A DNA stretch of 32,000 bases from Geotalea uraniireducens Rf4 (GTDB lineage Bacteria > Desulfobacterota > Desulfuromonadia > Geobacterales > Geobacteraceae): positions 3,990,001 to 4,022,000 of the forward strand of contig NC_009483.1 of NCBI RefSeq assembly GCF_000016745.1. Direction: 5' to 3'. Positions 24,766 through 31,294 of the stretch are shown here, piece by piece. Under the pieces are notes generated by a model. It made no database searches. It worked only from the letters and a program-made list of their open reading frames with translations, and was not told the origin of the DNA. The first letter of the stretch is position 1. Every line of letters begins with the position of its first letter. The position numbers and the translations under genes were made by a program.

Positions 24766-25416
24766 ATGATGCAAAAAACAACACGAGAAAAACTCTACTC
24801 CACGGCAAATCTCCTGGCAATCGTCACCATCTTCTACAATCTGGTCGAGGGGATCGTCTCCATCTGGATGGGGGCGGCCGACGAAACACTGGCGCTGTTC
24901 GGCTTCGGAGCGGATTCATTTATCGAGGTATTTTCGGCGATTGGAGTCTGGCACATGATCAGCCGCGTCAGGGCCAACCAGGGAGAAATGCGGGACGAGT
25001 TCGAGCAACGGGCGCTCACTATCACGGGTGCGTCGTTCTACCTGCTGACTGTCGGCCTGGTGCTGACTTCAATCATCAACATCTGGCAGCAGCACAGGCC
25101 GGAGACGACTCTCTGGGGTATCGTCATCTCCTCGATTTCCATATCCTTCATGTGGCTGTTGATCCATTATAAAACGAAGGTCGGCAAGGCGCTCAACTCT
25201 CCCGCCATTCTTGCGGACGCAAACTGCTCGCGAGCTTGCGTCTACCTGTCTGTAGTATTGTTTGCCGCCAGTGTCGGCTACGAAATAACCGGCATAGGCA
25301 GTCTCGATTCCGTTGGCGCCCTTCTGATCGCGTGGCTGTCATGGAAGGAAGGCCGGGAAGCTTTTGGCAAGGCCAAGGGATTGAACTGCTCGTGCAGTTG
25401 CAATTGCCGACAATAG
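24766..25416 (+). CDS. CDF-like cation transporter (membrane domain only) with a Cys-rich C-terminal tail
   Basis: The start at ATG 24766 (MMQKTTREKLY...) lies outside the MITE. About six TM helices, with CDF-like TM2 FGADSFIE and TM5 ILADAN motifs. No cytoplasmic CTD. It ends in NCSCSCNCRQ. Confidence 0.6.
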   Translation: MMQKTTREKLYSTANLLAIVTIFYNLVEGIVSIWMGAADETLALFGFGADSFIEVFSAIGVWHMISRVRANQGEMRDEFEQRALTITGASFYLLTVGLVLTSIINIWQQHRPETTLWGIVISSISISFMWLLIHYKTKVGKALNSPAILADANCSRACVYLSVVLFAASVGYEITGIGSLDSVGALLIAWLSWKEGREAFGKAKGLNCSCSCNCRQ

Positions 25417-25564
25417 GCATTGAACCCCAAAACGGCAGTTAGCCACGAATGACACGAATAAACTCGAATGTTTTTAACCTCCTTTTAAGTCTTGAGCAGT
25501 CACCGATCCGGTGAGTGTTCTGCATCACAAAAGCTTGTATATTCGTGACAATTCGTGAAAATTT
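25417..25564 (+). repeat. Copy B (most complete) of the three-copy CACGAAT-arm element, plus orientation, immediately after the CDF stop codon
   Basis: Aligns with the reverse complement of 5480-5619 over its whole length and with the reverse complement of 29396-29461 over the core. It contains the inner hairpin TCACCG-ATC-CGGTGA (25500-25514). Confidence 0.85.
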
Positions 25565-25606
25565 GTCAACCACATCACCACCCTCGACCCGCAGGCAGTA
25601 AGGTTT

Positions 25607-25640
25607 AAATGGGCAAGATTATTTCTTGCCCATTTTTGCG
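25607..25640 (+). terminator. Rho-independent terminator downstream of the CDF gene and repeat copy B
   Basis: AAATGGGCAAG-ATTATTT-CTTGCCCATTT followed by TTGCG (the T-run is partly within the stem). Confidence 0.6.
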
Positions 25641-25776
25641 ATGTGCCAAGCAACCTTGTTTCAACTTTGCCGGTCAAAAAGTCTCCTGATTAGCAAAAAA
25701 AAGATTGACCGTGATGAGACTGACAAGCCCCGCTTGTCGGGCGGGGCTTGTCAAAAATAAGGAGTCCCGGCAACGG

Positions 25777-28596
25777 TTAATAGACGCCGCCAGGGCTGTA
25801 AGATCCCATACCGTTACGGCAAGGGCTTGTGGTGTTAGCCGAGGCACACGTAGCACTTCCTGACGTTAACTCACCAGCTGCGGTCAAAGGCCTATGGTTG
25901 GTGAGGAACAGCGGAGTGACCGTGTTTCGTATGAACCCGTACGGCCTGCTCGTTTCAGTTGTGCCTGTCGGCCACCTTGCATCGGTACCCGTACCGGCCA
26001 GCCTGTTGAACCCGTGAACATCTTCCCCCCGACGGGGACGTGCAGCGTTGATATCGCTGGAATGGCAATAGTTGCACCCGTAACGCATATAGGCAACCAT
26101 GTTGTTGTTTGTGCTGCTGGCAAGCGCCGAGCCTGTTCCGTGGTGACTTGAGGTGCTGGTATCATAACCGGCATGACACACGATACAGAACGTCACTTGA
26201 TTGGTGGTTGCGGCCGGGGTGCCGGTGACTGTCGCAACGCCCCGCAAGGTGACTGCAGAGCCGTGAGCGGTAACCGTGCTGGTCTGGACACCAGTTGCGC
26301 CCACAGGAGCATGGCAGTCCCAGCAGGAGATCAGGTTGCCATACTGGGTATTATTGCCATTCGTCTTTGCCAGATTCCAGGGAACGGCCATCCTGCTGCC
26401 CTGCGTATAGCTGTTGTTCTGCTTGCCCAGGACCGGGTGGTAGGACGAGTTGGTCGTGGCAAAGGCTGCCTTGATATCCGTGACTCCGCCCAGCACCCCA
26501 TTGGCCGTCACCCCTGCACCGGTATACCCTGCACCGGCAATGGTAGTCCCGAAGGGCTTCTCTGCCGTTCCGGTTGTCGGCACCCGCGCCAAGGTACTTG
26601 CCGCGCCGTTATTATCGTGGCATTTCAGGCAGAGGTTGAACTGGATCGCCTGGACCGCGGCCTCAAGCGAAGCATTGCCCAGATCTCGGCTGAACCTGGC
26701 AAACGTCATGTCGGTAGCGGTGCTTGTATAGTTGCCCGCTGTCGTGGCAGTCCCGTTGTGGGTTACGCCCTTAATGGTTGCGCCGGTATCGGGATCGCGC
26801 AGCTCTATTAATCCGTTTTTGTGATACGTCGCGTTCGGAGAACCGCTCGACATGTCCCCTTCCATGTGGCAGACGCAGCAGTCGTACTTGGTAACAACCG
26901 TATTGGCAGGAATCCCGCCCGATGTCGAACGCTTATGACTCCATGTGTTTTTAAACTCCGAAGCTACAGCGCGACGAGAACCGGTTCCGGCCAGTGGTCC
27001 GGCGTTGATAGCCACAGTCGAGCCATGGCAGCCAACGCAGTCAAGGACTCCCGTCGCCCCCCAGGTTAAGTTGATGTGACAACCGTTCGAAGAACAGGTG
27101 CCGCCCGTTGCAGCATAGCTATAGGTAAATGAAATCCCCTTTGAGGTATTTGGCGTAACGTTATAAGCGTTGTTTATGTGGTTTGCAACGGTAGTTACAG
27201 TGGTGCCGTTCGTAGTGACGGCGTAATGACAGTTATCACAGGTTATGGAGTGACCTCCGAGGCCATGGCTGTTCTTCTTCGGCGAATTGTTCGCATAGGC
27301 AGGCGGATTGCCATGACAGCTTGCACAGTTGATGGTGGTCGCACCCCATGTTACTGTCGCCGTCTGGCCGGTCAATGTTCCGGTCGATACGGATGTGCCG
27401 GTGGAGTGACAGTAAATGCCGGCACAGGAGCCGAAAGCGGCGCTTGGCGCTATGGCGCCGGTCTGACCACTGGCTGCGCCTTTGTACGTGGCAGTAGCGG
27501 TAACTTTCACGTCAGTGGTATTCAAAGCCCACTTCACGTTGCCGTCAATATGCGAGTTATCGGTATATGCCGTGTGACAGGTTGCACATGTGTAGGAATA
27601 AGTCGCGGCATGTCTGTTGTGAGATCCGGTCTGCGGAGCTTTAGCCGCCGTAGTTCCATGACAGGCGCCGCAGACGTCCTGGGAAGAACCGGCTACCCAG
27701 GACGGATTCAGAGATCGGTTTGCACCGGACCAGTTGCCGTGACAATAAACATTACAGGAGTTGCGGTAACTGGCGCTGGTCCTGGTAATAGTGCCGGTGT
27801 TACTCGCGACGAAAGAGTATGGCGTGTTAAGCGGGGTATGGCCGCTGAATGAGCCGAAGGCAGCCGTCCCGACAAAGCCGGGGAAGGTAGTGCTGTTGGC
27901 AACAAAACCCATTTGGATGCTGTTGCTGACGACCGGCATGGTGTTACCTGTGTGGCAGGCAGCACAGGTCATGAGCCTTGTCGTCACATGCGCGGCATGG
28001 GCGCCGGGGCTTAACGGACTGGTAGCTCCGGTTGCAGGTTCGGCAAGGCCTCCGGCACCGGTGGTGGCAACATTGGGCGGATTACCATGGCACGTGTCAC
28101 AGCCCGCCTTGAAACCAACTTTATGCGCATGGCAGCTTACGCAATCTTTCCTGTTACCATGGTTCTTGTTGCCGGGCAGTATTTTACTTGAACTGTATTG
28201 ATGATATTTCGTTCTGTGGTGACAGACTTCACAGACATTTTGCGATTTTGTTGCATTGGTCGTACGGCTGTCATCTCCTAATATCCCGTAATCCAGGACT
28301 GTCGACGTGATACGATTGAAGATAACAGGCTTTGCAAGAATTGTAGAGCTAACCAGTTTTATATTAGTAGTTAAAGGATGGTGGCAGGTGGTGCAGTCCC
28401 AGCTTGTCCCCCAGGTGCCGTAATTGGTCGTGCCAATGTTGGGATTGGCACTGTTGTGCATGAGGTCCAGGGTGACCGCAAGGGTCACTGGCACACCACT
28501 GCTGCCGAAGAGGACCGATAGAATGACGATCGCCAGGAATATCCCGCTAAGGCGCTTCCTGTTTGTGGTTTTCCTCTGTTGTTCCCCACCCCTCAT
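25777..28596 (-). CDS. Large secreted multiheme c-type cytochrome (939 aa; 15 CxxCH plus 3 CX3-4CH motifs) with Geobacter-type CX4CH...CXXCH modules
   Basis: N-terminal signal anchor IFLAIVILSVLFGSSG. Canonical motifs counted: CTTCH, CEVCH, CVSCH, CDTCH, CAACH, CGACH, CATCH, CASCH, CDNCH, CVGCH, CCVCH, CLKCH, CWDCH, CIVCH, CNYCH. Extended motifs: CNVYCH, CAGIYCH, CSSNGCH, each followed 20-35 aa later by a CxxCHG. Composition is T/G/A/S/N-rich. Confidence 0.92.
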   Translation of the reverse strand: MRGGEQQRKTTNRKRLSGIFLAIVILSVLFGSSGVPVTLAVTLDLMHNSANPNIGTTNYGTWGTSWDCTTCHHPLTTNIKLVSSTILAKPVIFNRITSTVLDYGILGDDSRTTNATKSQNVCEVCHHRTKYHQYSSSKILPGNKNHGNRKDCVSCHAHKVGFKAGCDTCHGNPPNVATTGAGGLAEPATGATSPLSPGAHAAHVTTRLMTCAACHTGNTMPVVSNSIQMGFVANSTTFPGFVGTAAFGSFSGHTPLNTPYSFVASNTGTITRTSASYRNSCNVYCHGNWSGANRSLNPSWVAGSSQDVCGACHGTTAAKAPQTGSHNRHAATYSYTCATCHTAYTDNSHIDGNVKWALNTTDVKVTATATYKGAASGQTGAIAPSAAFGSCAGIYCHSTGTSVSTGTLTGQTATVTWGATTINCASCHGNPPAYANNSPKKNSHGLGGHSITCDNCHYAVTTNGTTVTTVANHINNAYNVTPNTSKGISFTYSYAATGGTCSSNGCHINLTWGATGVLDCVGCHGSTVAINAGPLAGTGSRRAVASEFKNTWSHKRSTSGGIPANTVVTKYDCCVCHMEGDMSSGSPNATYHKNGLIELRDPDTGATIKGVTHNGTATTAGNYTSTATDMTFARFSRDLGNASLEAAVQAIQFNLCLKCHDNNGAASTLARVPTTGTAEKPFGTTIAGAGYTGAGVTANGVLGGVTDIKAAFATTNSSYHPVLGKQNNSYTQGSRMAVPWNLAKTNGNNTQYGNLISCWDCHAPVGATGVQTSTVTAHGSAVTLRGVATVTGTPAATTNQVTFCIVCHAGYDTSTSSHHGTGSALASSTNNNMVAYMRYGCNYCHSSDINAARPRRGEDVHGFNRLAGTGTDARWPTGTTETSRPYGFIRNTVTPLFLTNHRPLTAAGELTSGSATCASANTTSPCRNGMGSYSPGGVY

Positions 28597-28922
28597 CTCA
28601 CCCTCCCAACTTTTTGCATGTACCCTGCGCTGTCCTGACGTAAAGCCCCCATATCGTTCACCGGTCTTTTCAGAGCAAATATGGCAGCCCTGAGGCTCTT
28701 CAGGTGATTGATGTATGTGGCTAGTGATGCGGGTTCGCCCGCATAAAGGCGCCCCATATCGTCGGCGATCCGCCCATGGACCTCGAAGACCACACGTCCT
28801 GCACTGTTCCGACGCGGTGAGTAGTGAATGGTTGAATCCAGCGTAAGGAGCCCCGCAAGAAGATATACATCCTCGATTATTGAAACTTCATAATCCTCTA
28901 TCACAAACGGCTGCTGCTTCAT
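28593..28922 (-). CDS. Small DUF5659-like protein (109 aa) translationally coupled to the cytochrome gene
   Basis: ATG 28922 follows RBS GGGGAGGA. The sequence MKQQPFVIEDYEVSIIEDVYLLAGLLTLDSTIHYSPRRNSAGRVVFEVHGRIADDMGRLYAGE...YINHLKSLRAAIFAL fits the DUF5659 pattern as I recall it. Its stop TGA overlaps the cytochrome ATG as ATGA (28593-28596). Confidence 0.5.
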   Translation of the reverse strand: MKQQPFVIEDYEVSIIEDVYLLAGLLTLDSTIHYSPRRNSAGRVVFEVHGRIADDMGRLYAGEPASLATYINHLKSLRAAIFALKRPVNDMGALRQDSAGYMQKVGRVR

Positions 28923-29171
28923 GATTCCTCCCCTATTCAGAAAATTAGAGATTCTTTCAACCTTGACAGAAAGCGGAATATTCCGCTGTATGACCATTTA
29001 TCACGCCTAAAAACTGCTCAGTTGGCCTGCCAGAACCGAGCATTAACGGGCAGCAACGTATTACATGATGTTGATTATCAACCTCCTACAGTTATACTAA
29101 TCCCAATACGGATATATAATAAATCATAATTAAGCATTTTAAATGCCAGTTGTCCTAAAAACGGCATTTGA

Positions 29172-29298
29172 GCCGCAAAGACGCCAAGAACGCGAAGAAA
29201 ATCAATACATTTGATACAGAAAACCTTCTTACCCAAAAGGTGATCACAGGCTGTTTATTAACTCTTTGATTTCTTTGCGAACTTTGCGGCTTTGCGGT
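29172..29298. repeat. Inverted repeat: arms of about 33 nt built from reiterated CGCAAAG-like heptamers flanking about 60 nt
   Basis: The left arm GCCGCAAAGACGCCAAGAACGCGAAGAAAATCAA (29172-29205) was compared with the reverse complement of the right arm, ACCGCAAAGCCGCAAAGTTCGCAAAGAAATCAA (29266-29298). About 27 of 34 positions match. Confidence 0.75.
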
Positions 29299-29395
29299 AA
29301 TGAACTGCTTTTTCTAGGATTGTAGGATAAATCAAAATTGTGACGGGCTCGCAGGATCAGGGGAACCTTGTGATACTAGACAGTACGATGGGGAG

Positions 29396-29461
29396 TTTGA
29401 GGTAGAAGACCATCACCAGATCGGTGACTACTCAGGGCGTAACAAGGGTTGAAAACATTCG
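29396..29461 (-). repeat. Copy C (core only, diverged) of the three-copy element, minus orientation, between corA and the cytochrome operon
   Basis: Its reverse complement CGAATGTTTTCAACCCTTGTTACGCCCTGAGTAGTCACCGATCTGGTGATGGTCTTCTACCTCAAA aligns with the core of copy B. The inner hairpin is retained with a G-U pair. Confidence 0.75.
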
Positions 29462-29537
29462 ATGCCGAATGACATCGGCAAAATTTAGCCGGTGGGACTC
29501 AGTTGCTTGATGGAATTATGCCCTCTCCCGGTCTTAG

Positions 29538-30605
29538 CTACAGCCACTTCTTTCGTTTGAAATAGAAGAGGAGAAAAACAGCGACCGTGAGCATCAGGAA
29601 GAGGCAGGCGAAATACCCCCACTGCCAGTGAAGCTCGGGCATGAGCTGGAAGTTCATCCCGTAGACCCCGGCGATGAAGGTAAGGGGGATGAAGATGGTG
29701 CCGATGATGGTGAGGAATTTCATGATCTCGTTCATCCGGTTGCTGATGCTCGAAAGATAGACATCGAGCATTCCCGCCAGCATGTCTCGGCTCGCCTCGA
29801 CGGTGTCGATCACTTGGATGGCATGGTCGTATAGGTCACGCAGGTAGACCACGACAGTTTCACTGATGAGCTTGGATTCCCGGCGCTCGAGGGCGCCTAT
29901 CACCTCGCGGAGCGGCCAGACCGCCTTGCGCAGGAAAATCACCTCCCGCTTCAGCTGGTGAATTTTCCGCACCGTCTCTGGGCGCGGATCGGTCACCACC
30001 TCGTCCTCCAGTTCCTCGATACGCTCCCCCACCCGTTCCAGGACCACGAAATAGTTGTCGACAATGGCGTCCATAAGGGCATAGGCGAGATAGTCGGTCC
30101 CCATCTCCCTGATCCTCCCTTTACCGCTCCTGAGACGCTCCCTGATCGGGTTGAAAACGTCCCCCTCCATTCCTTCCTGGAAAGAAATGACGAAGTTGCT
30201 CCCGAGAATGAGGCTCACCTGCTCGGTGACGATTCCCCCCCCTTCCTCGTTGCGCAGCATTTTCAGAACAATGTAGAGGTAATCACCGTAATCCTCCACC
30301 TTCGGGCGCTGGTCGGTGTTGAGGATGTCCTCCAGAACAAGGGGGTGGAGACCCTGACAATCCCCCACCTGCTGGACGATCTCGATCTCGTGGAGGCCCT
30401 CCACGTCGATCCAACTGACGATGGAGGTGTCGGAGTAATAGAAGCACTCCTTAAGGGCCTTGATCTCCTTTTCCTCGCAGCCTCCGGCATGGTAATCCAT
30501 GACGGTGATCTTGATTTCCCGGTCGCTCTTCTCGCCGATGTGGACGAGGGTGCCGGGGGGGAGACCGCTCTTGATTGATCTCTTCTTGATATTTTTCGCC
30601 ATCAT
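29538..30605 (-). CDS. corA: Magnesium/cobalt transporter CorA
   Basis: 355 aa. The C-terminal two-TM region carries the signature YGMNF (GVYGMNFQLMPEL), and a cytoplasmic funnel domain precedes it. Confidence 0.92.
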   Translation of the reverse strand: MMAKNIKKRSIKSGLPPGTLVHIGEKSDREIKITVMDYHAGGCEEKEIKALKECFYYSDTSIVSWIDVEGLHEIEIVQQVGDCQGLHPLVLEDILNTDQRPKVEDYGDYLYIVLKMLRNEEGGGIVTEQVSLILGSNFVISFQEGMEGDVFNPIRERLRSGKGRIREMGTDYLAYALMDAIVDNYFVVLERVGERIEELEDEVVTDPRPETVRKIHQLKREVIFLRKAVWPLREVIGALERRESKLISETVVVYLRDLYDHAIQVIDTVEASRDMLAGMLDVYLSSISNRMNEIMKFLTIIGTIFIPLTFIAGVYGMNFQLMPELHWQWGYFACLFLMLTVAVFLLFYFKRKKWL

Positions 30606-30627
30606 TTACCGCCTGAAAGTAAAGTGG

Positions 30628-30927
30628 CTAAGGCATCTTGAGCAGACGTTCGCTGCGCCAAACGCGGACAATGCGAATCCGGATGTCATCGAGCCGATAA
30701 ATTATACGAAAAGGTGGATATACAATCTCTCTCAAATGAGCAACCCCAAACTCAGGCACAATGCGACCGCTTTCAGGGTAGTCGGTAAGTCGTTCCACCT
30801 GAGAAACCACTTCTCCCAGCAGTCGTTCGCCCACGTCCGGAACTTGCTGTTCAGCATACCACTCCAGTATTTCTTCAAGATCCTTCACTGCCGATGCAGC
30901 GAATGTGATTTGCTGATTCCGCGGCAT
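30628..30927 (-). CDS. parE: Type II toxin, RelE/ParE family
   Basis: MPRNQQITFAASAVKDLEEILEWY...VYPPFRIIYRLDDIRIRIVRVWRSERLL is a typical ParE pattern. The ATG at 30927 lies 4 nt after the antitoxin stop. An alternative in-frame ATG at 30960 would overlap the antitoxin by 29 nt. Confidence 0.85.
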   Translation of the reverse strand: MPRNQQITFAASAVKDLEEILEWYAEQQVPDVGERLLGEVVSQVERLTDYPESGRIVPEFGVAHLREIVYPPFRIIYRLDDIRIRIVRVWRSERLLKMP

Positions 30928-30931
30928 GGTT

Positions 30932-31207
30932 TCAACCCAAGCCGAGATGTTTTTTGACATCTGAAAGCTTCATTTCCCGCCCCTCTTCCAGGTCCATCAA
31001 GCCCTGGACTACGCCACGCAGGAACGCCCGCTCTTCAACTTCCGTCTCGTAATCCTTAAGTGACTGGACAACGGCAACGCCTCGCCCCCTGTTGGTCAGG
31101 AGCACCGGTCTATGAGTCTTATCGACCTGATTGACAACTCGACCGGGATTAACCTTCATATCGCTTAACGGGACGATATCTTCGGAAAACTTGGTAGATG
31201 TTTGCAT
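30932..31207 (-). CDS. phd: Type II antitoxin, Phd/YefM family
   Basis: IVPLSDMKVNPGRVVNQVDKTHRPVLLTNRGRGVAVVQSLKDYE is the Phd/YefM N-terminal fold signature. RBS AAGGAGAAG. Confidence 0.88.
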   Translation of the reverse strand: MQTSTKFSEDIVPLSDMKVNPGRVVNQVDKTHRPVLLTNRGRGVAVVQSLKDYETEVEERAFLRGVVQGLMDLEEGREMKLSDVKKHLGLG

Positions 31208-31231
31208 AGCTTCTCCTTAACAGTGCCTTTT

Positions 31232-31269
31232 ATAGCACCAATGATAGCACCCGTTAAAAGGTCTGGCAA
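31232..31269 (-). promoter_or_regulatory. Candidate phd-parE promoter (TTGCCA, 17-nt spacer, TATCAT) with two direct GGTGCTAT operator repeats
   Basis: On the minus strand, -35 TTGCCA (31264-69) and -10 TATCAT (31241-46). GGTGCTAT repeats at 31232-39 and 31244-51 overlap the -10, as expected for antitoxin autoregulation. Confidence 0.5.
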
Positions 31270-31294
31270 GTGATCAATGTCGCCCTCAATTCTA

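Noticed and set aside
5480-25564. Inverted copies A and B of the repeat element as the ends of a 20-kb composite transposon.
   Set aside because: The interval holds housekeeping genes (hpt, tRNA-Arg) and no transposase. The copies have no flanking target duplications that I can see, and a third copy lies outside the interval.
25722-25752. 12-bp-stem hairpin GACAAGCCCCGC/GCGGGGCTTGTC just downstream of the cytochrome stop as its intrinsic terminator.
   Set aside because: On the minus-strand transcript the U-run precedes rather than follows the hairpin, so it is not a canonical rho-independent terminator. It may still pause or stabilise the 3' end.
28998-29537. GEMM-I (c-di-GMP/cGAMP) riboswitch upstream of the cytochrome operon.
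   Set aside because: The CGCAAAG-rich arms look superficially like the ACGCAAAGC core. The partner GGCAAACC element and the P1/P2 architecture are absent on both strands.
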